Positions 39,734-49,565 are shown, counted from the first letter of the stretch. The stretch is DNA of 64,000 nt from an uncultured Candidatus Rokubacteria bacterium (GCA_963708025.1 CAVPSB010000013.1:256001-320000); one strand, 5' to 3'. Numbers and translations: made by a program. Notes: generated by a model from the letters alone, not told the origin.

Positions 39734-39973
39734 CCCCCGCGTCCTTCGTAGGCGAGATCCCGGATGCGCTCCCAGGAGGCACCCGCCACCGGGGCTGGAG
39801 GCCGTCGCCCTTGAAGGTCGCCTTTCGCAGGCGGAAGGCGCCCCGACGCTTGCGCTCGGCCAGGACCCGTCGCAAGCCTTCCTCGATCAGGGCCCGGACC
39901 GTGGGCCTTGCCGGGCGGCCACCTTCCTCGCCTCCTCCAGGAGCGAGTCGGAAATCTCGACGGTCGTCTTCAT
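39730..39973 (-). CDS. vapB: VapB-type RHH antitoxin (DUF2191-like); indels near 39903 and 39790
   Basis: MKTTVEISDSLLEEARKVAA..TVRALIEEGLRRVL..FKGDGLQP..WERIRDLAYEGRGG; GTGA overlap with vapC. Confidence 0.8.
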
Positions 39974-40037
39974 ATGGGTAGATGTATACTGTGGACCATC
40001 CGCTGTCAAGTCGCGCCCGGCCCCCCAGCCGGGACCG

Positions 40038-42419
40038 TTACGGCGCGGCCCGCCCGCCGGCCCGGCGCCGGAGCGCGTCCCGGAGCTCCCGCACCGCCCG
40101 GTCGTCCGGCACGAGGGCGGCCAGCGTCTCCGCGTGGCGGAGGGCCCGCTGGACATCGCCGCGCTCCCGGGCCAGGCTCACGAGCGCGCCCAGCACCTCC
40201 CGGTCGGCCGGCCGCCGCCGGTGCGCCTCCTCCAGCACCGCGAGGGCGCCCGCCGGGTCCCCGGTGGAGTGGAGCGCGATCGCGTACACGTAGGCGAACC
40301 GGACCGAGTCGGGACGGGCCGCGGCGGCCCGGCGAAGGAGCGCCACCCCCTCGTCCCGGCGGCCCTGGCGGACCCGGAGGAGGCCGAGCGCGTGGAGCGC
40401 CTCGGCGTTCTCGGGCTCGACCCGCAGGGCCTGCTCGAGGAACCGCTCGCCGTCGACGTCGCGCCCGGTGGCCCGGAACAGGTCGGCCAGGTTCACCATG
40501 GCGGGAACGAAGCGCGGGTCCAGGAAAAGCGCCGTCCGCAGCTCCGATTCGGCATCGGTCGCTCGGCCCAGCCGCCCGTACAGGTTCGCCAGGTTCACGT
40601 GCGACTCCGCCCGCTCCGCGCTGGCCAGCTCCGAGGCGACCAGCTCCGTCAGCGCCCGCTCGAAGTCGGGCTGACGATCGGGCCCGAGCGAGCCCCGGAC
40701 GCCGGCCAGGGCCCGGGCGGCGGCGATCCGCACCGCCCGCACCGGGTCCCGCAGGGCGGGAGCGGCCAGGGCCGCCAGACGCTCGGGCGGGAGCCCGGTC
40801 ACCACGTCGAGGGCCGCGGTCCGGACGAGCGCGTCGGGGTCCCGGAGCGCGGCCTCCAGCGCCGGGACCGACGCGGGGGTGAGGACCCCCGGCAGGAGGG
40901 TGAGCGCCGTGGCGCGGGCGATCGCCGGCTGCTCCGCGTCGGTCGCCAGCGCCGCCAGCCGGCGCTCCGCGTCGAGGAGGCCGCGGCGGCCGGCGTCGAG
41001 GGCGACGGCGAAGTGGGGCCGCGGGGTCCGTCCGGGTCCGACCCAGGCCTTGACGGCGTCGGCCGCCCAGGCCGCCGGACGGCCGGCGTGGCACCCGGTG
41101 CAGGGGCTCGGCGTCCCGATGGCGACCGAGAGATCGGGGCGTGGGACGCGGAAGCCGTGGTCACGCCGGACGTCGACGCCCATGTACGTGCGGGCCGCCA
41201 TGTGGCAGGCCACGCAGCGCGCGCCCTCGGAGCCGGCCGCGTGATGGTGGTGCGCCGCCGTGTCGAAGCGCGCCGGGAGGTGGCACCGGGCGCAGACGTC
41301 GTTGCCGGGGGCCCGGAGGCCGAGCCCGTGCGAGTCGTGGCAGTCCGAGCACCGCACGCCCGCCCGGTGCATGCGGCTCTGCAGGAACGATCCATACTCG
41401 TAGACCTCGCCGAGGATCTGGCCGTCCGCGTGGTAGAGGCCCTCGGCGAGCAGCGCGGGCTGGTGGGTGTCGAGGAAGGGCCGGCCGTAGGGATAGGGAT
41501 CGACGATGGGCCGCCGCCGGGCGTGACAGCGGGCGCAGGCGTCCAGCTCGGCGGTGTCGGGGGGCCGCCCCGTCCACTGGGCGATCCCGCGCTGGGTGTC
41601 CTTCATCTCCCAAGCGCCCTCGCCCCGGTCCAGCCGCACGACGAGCCCGGTCGCCGCGCCGGTGGCGCGTGGTCCGCCGGGCGCGCGCGCGCGGGCCCAG
41701 GCCACGTGGCCCGAGCCGGGGCCGTGGCAGGCCTCGCAGCTCACCGAAAGCTCGGCCCACGCGGTCGCGTAGCGCCGGGCGGCGAGGTCGTAGTTCTTGC
41801 GGAGGTCGGTGGAGTGGCACTCCGCGCACTGATAGTTCCACGTCTGGTCGCGCCCCGTCCAGTGGAGCGTGTCGTCGGGGCGGATCCGCTCGCCGGGATA
41901 GAGCGCGTACCAGCGCTGGCCGCCCTGGGCCCGGGGGCGGGTGTCCCAGGCGATGGAGAGCGGCTGGAGCCGGCCTTCGGGAAAGGGCACGAGGTACTGC
42001 TGGAGCGGCGCCACCCCGAACGTGTAGACGATGTCGAACTCGGCCGGCTTGCCGTCGGGTCCCTCCGTGCGCACGACGAACTTGCCGTCTTGCCGGAGGA
42101 ACGTCGAGGTCACCCCCCGGTGCGTGAAGCGGGCCCCGCCGAAGTCGCCGAGGACGGTCGCCGGGTCGGCGACCTGCATGGCGCGGTCATGGTCGGAGCC
42201 GCGGAAGGCCCGGGTCTCGCGCTCGTGGCAGGTGGCGCACGCCGCGGCCCCGACGAACGTGGGCGGCGCCGCCGGCGCCGGCGTCCCGGACCGGCTCGCC
42301 GGCCCCTCGCTGGATGGCTGGCAGCCCGATGCCCCGGCGGCGAGCGCCAGGCCGAGGACCAGGAGCACCGCGGCCCGGCTCGCGCCGCCGTGCTCGCGGC
42401 GCACGGCAGCGCCCGCCAT
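40038..42419 (-). CDS. Octaheme cytochrome c with C-terminal HEAT and TPR repeats, probable lipoprotein
   Basis: Eight CxxCH motifs (CATCH, CAECH, CEACH, CARCH, CSDCH, CARCH, CVACH, CTGCH); lipobox-like ASGC; L.DPD.LVR HEAT repeats; TPRs. Confidence 0.88.
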   Translation of the reverse strand: MAGAAVRREHGGASRAAVLLVLGLALAAGASGCQPSSEGPASRSGTPAPAAPPTFVGAAACATCHERETRAFRGSDHDRAMQVADPATVLGDFGGARFTHRGVTSTFLRQDGKFVVRTEGPDGKPAEFDIVYTFGVAPLQQYLVPFPEGRLQPLSIAWDTRPRAQGGQRWYALYPGERIRPDDTLHWTGRDQTWNYQCAECHSTDLRKNYDLAARRYATAWAELSVSCEACHGPGSGHVAWARARAPGGPRATGAATGLVVRLDRGEGAWEMKDTQRGIAQWTGRPPDTAELDACARCHARRRPIVDPYPYGRPFLDTHQPALLAEGLYHADGQILGEVYEYGSFLQSRMHRAGVRCSDCHDSHGLGLRAPGNDVCARCHLPARFDTAAHHHHAAGSEGARCVACHMAARTYMGVDVRRDHGFRVPRPDLSVAIGTPSPCTGCHAGRPAAWAADAVKAWVGPGRTPRPHFAVALDAGRRGLLDAERRLAALATDAEQPAIARATALTLLPGVLTPASVPALEAALRDPDALVRTAALDVVTGLPPERLAALAAPALRDPVRAVRIAAARALAGVRGSLGPDRQPDFERALTELVASELASAERAESHVNLANLYGRLGRATDAESELRTALFLDPRFVPAMVNLADLFRATGRDVDGERFLEQALRVEPENAEALHALGLLRVRQGRRDEGVALLRRAAAARPDSVRFAYVYAIALHSTGDPAGALAVLEEAHRRRPADREVLGALVSLARERGDVQRALRHAETLAALVPDDRAVRELRDALRRRAGGRAAP

Positions 42420-42463
42420 GGACCCGGCCCGCTCCTCCGTCACCCGCGCTCGCGCCGGCGCCG

Positions 42464-43021
42464 CTACGCCGGGCGGCGCGCCAGGCGGTCCCTCACTCCC
42501 TTGAGGCGAAAGCCGAGGGCGATCGTGACGAGGCCGAACAGGATGGCGATGCTCCCGAGCCACCAGAGCATGACCAGGATGCCGACGCCCGGAGCCCGGA
42601 GCAGGACGATGCCGAGCAGGACGGACAGGAGGCCGCTCAGCCCGAGCAGCCACTCGTTCTCGATCTCCCGCCGGAGGTGGACCGCCGCCACGATCTCGAA
42701 GATGCCCCGGACGATGGCCCACGCCGCGACCAGGTAGAGCAGGGCGACCGCGGTGAGGCCGGGCCAGAGGAACGTCAGGACGCCCACCACGACCCCCGCC
42801 AGGCCGGCCAGGAAGGCGCCCCACGGGAACGCGCCGGCGTGCCGCCCGAACAGCGCCCACGCGACCGCCAGCAAGCCCTCGACGAGCGCGTAGGCGCCGT
42901 AGAGCAGCACCAGGACGGCCAGCGTGAGACCCGGCCAGGCGAACGCGGCCACCCCGAAGAGCACGGCGCAGATCCCGCGCAGCACGATCGCCCACCAGTT
43001 CTGAGCCAGAGTCCTGAGCAT
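42464..43021 (-). CDS. HdeD/DUF308 family acid-resistance membrane protein
   Basis: NWW..VLRG..AVLFG..AFAWPG, WAIVRGIFEIVAAV.LRREI..EW.L.LSG; GGAGG RBS. Confidence 0.88.
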   Translation of the reverse strand: MLRTLAQNWWAIVLRGICAVLFGVAAFAWPGLTLAVLVLLYGAYALVEGLLAVAWALFGRHAGAFPWGAFLAGLAGVVVGVLTFLWPGLTAVALLYLVAAWAIVRGIFEIVAAVHLRREIENEWLLGLSGLLSVLLGIVLLRAPGVGILVMLWWLGSIAILFGLVTIALGFRLKGVRDRLARRPA

Positions 43022-43039
43022 CGCAGACCTCCTTTCAGC

Positions 43040-43105
43040 GCCTCCCGCCTACCCCCCCACCCCCCCCTCCCCCACCCACCGGGGGGGAGGGGGGAGCCGG
43101 AGGCC
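43040..43105 (-). repeat. G-rich intergenic repeat, copy D (5'-truncated)
   Basis: Reverse complement CTCCGGCTCCCCCTCCCCCCCGGTGGGTGGGGGAGGGGG..TAGGCGGGAGG. Confidence 0.75.
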
Positions 43106-43133
43106 GTCGCTCACTTCGGCGGACTTCCCGGGA

Positions 43134-44522
43134 TCAGGCCTGCCAGCCGCCGCCGAGGGCCCGGTAGAGGCGCACCACCGCGAGCAGCTCGTCGCGCTGG
43201 GCCTGGGCCAGCGCCAGCTCGGCGTCGAAGAGCTGGCGCTCGGTGTCCAGGACCTCGAGGTAGCTCGTGACGCCGCCGCGGTAGCGGATGTTCGACAGCC
43301 GGGCCGCGTCGCGCAGCGAGCCGACGAGCAGCTCCTGCTGGACGCGGAACTCGCCCCGCTTCCGGTGCTCCACGAGGGCGTCGGAGACCTCGCGGAACGC
43401 CTGCGTGATCGTCTGCTGGTAGCGGACCAGCGCCTCCTGCGCACGCGCCTCGGCCGAATCCACGCCGGCCCCGATGCGGCCCATGTTGAAGATGGGCAGG
43501 CTCACCGAGGGCCCGATCCCGAGGAGCGCGAAGGGGCCGAACCAGGTCCCGTTGATCATCGTCCCGCCGCCGCCGGCGGAGCCCGTGAGGAGGACGCGCG
43601 GGAAGTAGTCCGCCTTGGCGACGCCGATGCGGGCGGTGGCCGCCGCCAGCTGGCTCTCGGCTGTCCGGATGTCCGGCCGACGCTCCAGCAGGGTTGACGG
43701 CAGGCCGGCGGGCACCGCGGGGAGGGCGAGCTGCTGGAGCAGGAGGCGGCCCCGGGGCACCGCGTCCGGGTTCCGGCCGAGCAGGAGGCTGATCAGGTTC
43801 TCCGTCTGCTCGATCTGGCGCTCGATGTCGGGGATGGTCTCCGCCGCCGTGTACAGCAAGACCTCGGCCTGCCGCACGTCGATCAAGGCGGCGACGCCCC
43901 CCTCCTGCCGGAGCTTCACCAGCCGGAGAGAGTCCTGCCGCAAAGCCAGCGTCCTCCTGGAGATCTCCAGCTGCAGGTCGAGCTGGCGGAGCTGGAAGTA
44001 CGCGGTCGCCACGTCGCTCACCAGGGTCGTGACCACGAAGAGCCGTAACTCTTCCGCGCCGAGCAGGTCGGCCCTCGCGGCCTCCGTGGCCCGGCGCAAG
44101 CGCCCCCACAGGTCGATCTCCCAGGCGAGGTCGAGGGTCCCGAGCGGGCTGAACGACTCCTTGAACTGGAGCAGGTTGCGATCGCCGGAGAGGCGCTGGT
44201 AGGGGGCGCTGGCCGACGCGCTCACGTCCGGGAACTGGAACGACCGGGTGATCGTCACCTGGGCCCTCGCGTCGAGGACACGGGCGGCCGCGATGCGCAG
44301 GTCGTAGTTCTCGACCAGGGCGATGCGGATGAGGGACTGCAGCGTCTCGTCCTGGAAGATCTCCCACCAGGCGACGTCGCCGAGGGACGCCGTGCCCATC
44401 GGGGCGTCCGGCGCCCGGCCCCGGAAGTCGGGCGGCACCGGGACGTCGGGCCGCCGGTAGTCGGGCCCCACCGTGCAGCCGGCCAGCAGGAGCGCCGCCG
44501 CCAGGAGCGCGCGGGATCTCAT
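43134..44522 (-). CDS. RND efflux outer-membrane lipoprotein (NodT/OprM family)
   Basis: LAGCTVGPDY lipobox, WEIDLWGRLRR, LLERRPDI..AE, LYRALGGGW. Confidence 0.93.
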   Translation of the reverse strand: MRSRALLAAALLLAGCTVGPDYRRPDVPVPPDFRGRAPDAPMGTASLGDVAWWEIFQDETLQSLIRIALVENYDLRIAAARVLDARAQVTITRSFQFPDVSASASAPYQRLSGDRNLLQFKESFSPLGTLDLAWEIDLWGRLRRATEAARADLLGAEELRLFVVTTLVSDVATAYFQLRQLDLQLEISRRTLALRQDSLRLVKLRQEGGVAALIDVRQAEVLLYTAAETIPDIERQIEQTENLISLLLGRNPDAVPRGRLLLQQLALPAVPAGLPSTLLERRPDIRTAESQLAAATARIGVAKADYFPRVLLTGSAGGGGTMINGTWFGPFALLGIGPSVSLPIFNMGRIGAGVDSAEARAQEALVRYQQTITQAFREVSDALVEHRKRGEFRVQQELLVGSLRDAARLSNIRYRGGVTSYLEVLDTERQLFDAELALAQAQRDELLAVVRLYRALGGGWQA

Positions 44523-47500
44523 GCGTGCTGCTCGCCCGGCACCTGCGGGGCCGCACCCGGCTTGGCCAGCGGGCGCTTCACCGGCGCACGTTTCCGGCCC
44601 AGCTCCTCGACGAAGGCGAAGTTCCCGGGGATCAGGAACACCCCGAGGAACGTGGCGATCAGCATCCCCCAGAACACCGCCGTGCCCATGACGTTCTGGG
44701 CGCCGGCACCAGCCCCGCTCGCCCTCATCAGGGGCACGACGCCGAGGATGAAGGCGAACGCCGTCATCAGGATGGGACGGAAGCGCAGCCGGGCCGACTC
44801 CAGCGCGGCATCCTGGACCGGCTGGCCCTCGTCCTGCTTGGCCTTCGCGAACTCGACGATCAGGATCGCGTTCTTGGCGGCGAGACCGACGAGCATGATG
44901 AGGCCGATCTGGACGTACACGTTGTTGTCGTAGCCCGTGAGCCAGACGCCGAAGAAAGCGCCGAGCGCCACCAGCGGGGAGCCGAGCAGCACGGCCCAGG
45001 GCAGGCGCCAGCTCTCGTACATGGCGGCCAGCAGCAGGAAGACGAACACGATGGCCAGGATGAACGTCGGGGCGGAGGGAGGCGCCGTCTTCTCCTGGTA
45101 CGAGAGCGAGGAGTAGGCGAAGCCCATCTCCTTGGGCAGCTTGTCCCGGAAGACCTCCTCCAGCGCGGCCAGGGCCTGCCCCGAGCTGTAGCCCCGCGCA
45201 GGCGTCCCCTGGATCTCCACCGAGCGCAGCAGGTTGAAGCGGGTAGTGATCTCCGTCCCCGGCTGGGAGGTGATGGTGACGAGCGTCGAGAGCGGGATCA
45301 TGGTGTTGGTCGTGCGGCTGCGGACGTAGACCTGGCCGATGTCCTCGGGCTTCCGGCGGTAGTCGGCGTCCGACTGGACGTAGACCCGATAGAGGCGGCC
45401 GAACCGGTTGAAGTCGTTGACGTAGGTGCCGCCCATCGCCGCCGACATGGCCTGGAAGACGTCGTTGATGGACACGCCGAGCGTGCGCGCCTTCTCCCGG
45501 TCCAGCTCCACCTTGACCTGGGGATAGGTGGGGTCGAACGAGGTGAAGAGGGAGGCGAGCTCGGGCCGCTGGCGCGCCGCCCCCAGGAAGGCGCGCGTCT
45601 GGGCGCCGAGCTGGTCCACGCTCAGCGTGCCGCTGCGGTCCTGGAGCAGGAAGTTGAAGCCGGCGGAGGCGCCGAAGCCCGAGATGGTCGGGATGTTGAA
45701 CGGGAACGCGATCGCCTCGGGGATCTGCACGAGCTGCCGGCCCACCTGGGCCATGATGCCCTTCACGTGCAGAGCCTCACCGTGCCGCTCCTCCCACGGC
45801 TTGAGGCGAACGAAGATACTCCCGAAGTTCGGCTGGTAGGTGCTGGTGACGGCCCCGTACCCGCCGATCGTCTGGTAGGACTCGACCCCTTCGGTCTTGG
45901 CGAGGATCGCCTCGACCTTCCGCAGCACGGCGCTCGTCCGCTCCAGCGAGGCCGCCGGCGGAAGCTGCACGTTGACGCCGAAAAGCCCCTGGTCCTCGTC
46001 GGGGATGAACCCGGCCGGGAGCCGGCCACCCAGCAGGACGACCCCGGCCACCACCACGCCCACGATCAGGATCGTGACGATCGCGTGCCGCACCAGCAGG
46101 CGGGCCACACCCACGTAGCCCTTGGTCGCGCCGTCGAACACCCGGTTGAACCCCCGGAAGAAGTACCCCAGTGGCCCCCGCATGGGGCGGGCCGGTTTGA
46201 GGAGCATGGCCGAGAGCGCCGGCGACAGCGAGAGGGCGCTGAAGGCCGAGAGAAGCACGGAGATCGCAATGGTGAGCGCGAACTGCTGGAACATCTGCCC
46301 GGTGAGCCCGCCCAGGAACCCGACCGGGACGAACACCGCGGACAGGATGAGCGCGATCCCGATGACCGGCGCCGAGACCTCCTTCATGGCCTGGGCGGTG
46401 GCGTCGCGCGGGCTCATGCCGTGCTCGATGTGGTGCATGACCGCCTCGACGACCACGATGGCATCGTCCACGACGATGCCGATCGCCAGCACGAGGCCGA
46501 ACATCGAGAGCGTGTTGAGCGAGAAGCCGAGCAGCGGGAAGAAGATGAAGGTGCCGATGATCGATACCGGCACCGTCAGGAGCGGGATGATCGTGGCCCG
46601 GACGTTCTGGAGGAAGATGAACACCACCAGCGTGACCAGGATGAGCGCCTCGACGAAGGTGTGCACGATCGACTCGATCGAGGCCTTCACCGCCGGGGTG
46701 GTGTCGTACACGATCGTGTAGTCGAGATCCGGCGGGAACAGGCCCTTGGCCGTCGTCATGGTCTTGTAGATGGCCTCGGACGCCTGGAGCTGGTTCGCGC
46801 CGGGGAGCAGGTAGACGGCCATCGCGCCGGAGGGCTTCCCGTCGAGCCGGCCGAACGAGTTGTAGTCCTGGCTGCCGAGCTCGGCCCGCCCCACGTCCCG
46901 GACCCGGACCGGGGAGCCGGTGGACGCCTCGCGGATGATGATGTTGTCGAACTCCTCGGTGGTCACGAGACGGCCGGGCGCGCTCACCGTGAAGGTGAAC
47001 GCCTGGTCGACGGGCGTCGGCGGCGCGCCGACCCGGCCGGCCGGGGCCTGGAGGTTCTGGTCCTTGATCGCCGAGATCACGTCGCTCGGGGTCAGGCCCA
47101 GCTTGGCCAGCTTGTCGGGCCGAAGCCAGATGCGGAGGCCGTAGTCGGTGCCGCCGAAGAGGTCGACCTGGGCGATCCCGGGGATCCGGAGGATCTGGTC
47201 GCGCAGGTTGATCGACGCGTAGTTGATCAGGAACTTGGCGTCGTAGCTCTCCCCGGGCGAGTAGAGCGAGATCAGCATGAGGATGCTGGGGCTCTGCTTC
47301 TTGACGGTGACGCCCTGCTGGTTCACCTCCTGGGGGAGCCGGGCCTGGGCGGAGGAGACCCGGTTCTGGGTGAGCACGTTGGCGGTGTCCTGGTTGATGC
47401 CGACCTCGAAGTTGACGTCGAGCTGCATGCGGCCGTCGCTGGTGTTCGACGACTTCATGTAGATCATCCGGTCGACGCCGTTGACCTCCTGCTCGATCGG

Positions 47501-47689
47501 CGTGGCCACCGACTGCTCCACCGCCAGGGCCGACGCCCCCGGGTAGTTGGCGGTGACCCGGATGGTGGGGGGCGCCAGGAAGGGGTACTGCTCGAAGCTG
47601 AGCTTGGTGAGCGTGTAGAGCCCCATCAGCACGATGAGGATCGCGATGACGATGGCGACGATGGGACGGCGGATGAAGAAGCTGGCCAC
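44519..47689 (-). CDS. RND efflux permease (AcrB/HAE1 family)
   Basis: FFIRRPIVA, GIVVDDAIVVVE, LSPAL, GLAAKNAILIVEFA, RLRFRPILMTAFAFILG. Confidence 0.95.
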   Translation of the reverse strand: MASFFIRRPIVAIVIAILIVLMGLYTLTKLSFEQYPFLAPPTIRVTANYPGASALAVEQSVATPIEQEVNGVDRMIYMKSSNTSDGRMQLDVNFEVGINQDTANVLTQNRVSSAQARLPQEVNQQGVTVKKQSPSILMLISLYSPGESYDAKFLINYASINLRDQILRIPGIAQVDLFGGTDYGLRIWLRPDKLAKLGLTPSDVISAIKDQNLQAPAGRVGAPPTPVDQAFTFTVSAPGRLVTTEEFDNIIIREASTGSPVRVRDVGRAELGSQDYNSFGRLDGKPSGAMAVYLLPGANQLQASEAIYKTMTTAKGLFPPDLDYTIVYDTTPAVKASIESIVHTFVEALILVTLVVFIFLQNVRATIIPLLTVPVSIIGTFIFFPLLGFSLNTLSMFGLVLAIGIVVDDAIVVVEAVMHHIEHGMSPRDATAQAMKEVSAPVIGIALILSAVFVPVGFLGGLTGQMFQQFALTIAISVLLSAFSALSLSPALSAMLLKPARPMRGPLGYFFRGFNRVFDGATKGYVGVARLLVRHAIVTILIVGVVVAGVVLLGGRLPAGFIPDEDQGLFGVNVQLPPAASLERTSAVLRKVEAILAKTEGVESYQTIGGYGAVTSTYQPNFGSIFVRLKPWEERHGEALHVKGIMAQVGRQLVQIPEAIAFPFNIPTISGFGASAGFNFLLQDRSGTLSVDQLGAQTRAFLGAARQRPELASLFTSFDPTYPQVKVELDREKARTLGVSINDVFQAMSAAMGGTYVNDFNRFGRLYRVYVQSDADYRRKPEDIGQVYVRSRTTNTMIPLSTLVTITSQPGTEITTRFNLLRSVEIQGTPARGYSSGQALAALEEVFRDKLPKEMGFAYSSLSYQEKTAPPSAPTFILAIVFVFLLLAAMYESWRLPWAVLLGSPLVALGAFFGVWLTGYDNNVYVQIGLIMLVGLAAKNAILIVEFAKAKQDEGQPVQDAALESARLRFRPILMTAFAFILGVVPLMRASGAGAGAQNVMGTAVFWGMLIATFLGVFLIPGNFAFVEELGRKRAPVKRPLAKPGAAPQVPGEQHA

Positions 47690-47693
47690 GGCC

Positions 47694-49130
47694 TTAGCTC
47701 TTGGGCTTCGCGGCCGGCGGCGCCGCCGGCCCCGGGGCTGGCTTCGGCGCGGCGGCCGGCTTCGGCGCGGCGGCCGGCTCCGGCGCCGGGGCCTTGCCGG
47801 GCTCGGGCTTCCCGTCGGGGGTCGCGCTCAGCTGGGCCTTGACCTGCATCCCCGGCCGCGCCTTCTGGATGCCTTCGATGATGACCCGCTCCCCCGGCTT
47901 GAGCCCGGCCGTCACGATGTAGAACTGCTGGTAGGGCTCGCGGATCGTCACGGTCCGCAGCGCCACCTTGTCCCCCTCGCCGACCACCAGGACGGTCTTG
48001 GCGCCCTGGAGCTCCGTCACCGCGAGCTGCGGGACCAGGATCGCGTCGGGCACCTCGTCGGTGATGGCGCGCACTCGCCCGAACTGGCCCGAGCGCAGCA
48101 CGTGCTCGGGATTGGGGAACTGGGCCCGGACCTGGATCGTCCCCGTCTTCTGGTCGATCGCCCGGTCGACGAACACCGGGCGGCCCTTGTGCGAGAAGGT
48201 GGTGCCGTCGGACAGGATCAGCTCCAGCGCGGCAACGTCGGCCCGGACCTCGCCGCGGCCCAGCCCGGGCATCCGCTTGACCAGCCGCAGGTAATCGACC
48301 TCGGCGACCGAGAAGTCCACGAACATCGGGTCCACCGCCGAGACGGTGGCGAGGGTGATGGCGTCCCCCTTGCCGACCAGGTTGCCGCGATCGACGGCCA
48401 GCTTGCTGATGATCCCGGTGATCGGGGCCTCGATGACGGTGTATTTCAGGTTGAGGTCGGCCTGGATCACCCCGGCCTTGGCGGACTCGACGGCCGCCTC
48501 GGCGAGCTGGATGGCGGTGCGCTGGTTCAGCACCGTGTCCTTGAGCGCGGCCTCGGCGGCCTCCACGTTGGCCGCCGCCACCTTCTCCCTGGACACCGCG
48601 GTGTCCAGGTCCTGCTGGGGGATCGCCTGCTGCTCGGCCAGGGGGCGGTACCGGGCCACGTCCGCCTGATTGCGCCCGAGCTCGGCCTTGGCCTCGGCGA
48701 GCTTGGCCTTGACGACATCGACGACCGTGGCATCCCGGGCGCGCGTGAGGTCGGCCTGGGCCTTGGCCAGCTGGGCGCGGGCCGTTTGGAGCGCCGCCTT
48801 GTACTCGTCCTGCTGGATCATGAACAGCAGCTGGCCCTGCTTGACCTCGGAGCCCTCCTTGAACCGGACCTGCTCCAGGATCCCGACGACGCGGGCCCGG
48901 ATCTCCACGGTGGGCACCGCCTCCGTCCGCGACACGAACTCGCCGGCGATCTGGACGGTTCGCTGCGGCACCTCGGCGACGGTGACGGTCGGCGGAGGCT
49001 CGGCCGGCGCCGACTTGGACTCCTTGGCCCCTCCCCGGTCGCAGGCGGCGACCAGCGCCAGCACCGCCATCCCGACCAGGCAGCGGCGCAGAGGTGTCTC
49101 GAGCGTGAAAGCGAGTCGTGACCTCAACAT
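47694..49130 (-). CDS. RND periplasmic adaptor (membrane fusion protein)
   Basis: Lipobox VAAC, VEIRARV.G, F.EG..VK.GQLLF, I.API.G, TGTI.VRA.FPNP; Pro/Ala-rich tail with an 18-bp tandem repeat. Confidence 0.9.
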   Translation of the reverse strand: MLRSRLAFTLETPLRRCLVGMAVLALVAACDRGGAKESKSAPAEPPPTVTVAEVPQRTVQIAGEFVSRTEAVPTVEIRARVVGILEQVRFKEGSEVKQGQLLFMIQQDEYKAALQTARAQLAKAQADLTRARDATVVDVVKAKLAEAKAELGRNQADVARYRPLAEQQAIPQQDLDTAVSREKVAAANVEAAEAALKDTVLNQRTAIQLAEAAVESAKAGVIQADLNLKYTVIEAPITGIISKLAVDRGNLVGKGDAITLATVSAVDPMFVDFSVAEVDYLRLVKRMPGLGRGEVRADVAALELILSDGTTFSHKGRPVFVDRAIDQKTGTIQVRAQFPNPEHVLRSGQFGRVRAITDEVPDAILVPQLAVTELQGAKTVLVVGEGDKVALRTVTIREPYQQFYIVTAGLKPGERVIIEGIQKARPGMQVKAQLSATPDGKPEPGKAPAPEPAAAPKPAAAPKPAPGPAAPPAAKPKS

Positions 49131-49270
49131 GGGCGGCCTCCCGGGCTCCGACCTCGGCCCCGCAGGGCCACGGAACCCCGGTTTCGAAATGCGCGCTTGT
49201 GCCGCCAGTCTACCGCGTTCGCCGGGTCCTGTCACCGCCCCTGGGGCCTTCCGAAGCCGTCCCGGGGGAC

Positions 49271-49490
49271 TCAGAGGAGGCGCAACGGGAAGTTCAGGAT
49301 CAGGCGGATGTCGGGCAGCAGCCCCGGCGTCCCCTACTGCTCCACCAGCCCAGCCCGGGTCTTGATCTGGAGGCCCCGCAGCGCCCCCCGCTGCACCGTG
49401 TAGGTCACGTCGAAGTCGTATTCCCGCCGGTCCGGCGCCGGGCCGCCGGTGGACGTGCTGTCCGCCCCCGTCCCCTGCGCGAACCAGAAA
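49271..49490 (-). pseudogene. 3' fragment of a second OprD-family porin
   Basis: Hand translation WFAQGT..(indel)APDRREYDFDVTY..LRGLQIKTR.GLVEQ*..DIRLILNFPLRLL*, which parallels the C-terminus of the porin at 55741 (APDQREYDLTVDY..LQGLWLRVRG..QIRVILNWERDLL). In-frame TAG at 49334-49336. Confidence 0.7.
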
Positions 49491-49565
49491 TGCCTCTTCG
49501 ATGCGGGGCGGGAGTCATGCGATCAACCTCGTCCGTTGCAGTGACGCGCGGCCGTGTCAAGGACA

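Noticed and set aside
23841-43105. G-rich repeats as a CRISPR array
   Set aside because: The copies are dispersed rather than regularly spaced, have no spacers, and no cas genes are present.
47735-47790. 18-bp tandem repeat
   Set aside because: It simply encodes the low-complexity PKPAAA tail of the RND adaptor.
44525-47842. Very long plus-strand ORFs (also 6602-8587, 11642-13399, 39717-42737, 51572-54934, 59312-61783)
   Set aside because: These are antisense shadows of well-supported minus-strand genes, expected in high-GC DNA, and show no motifs.
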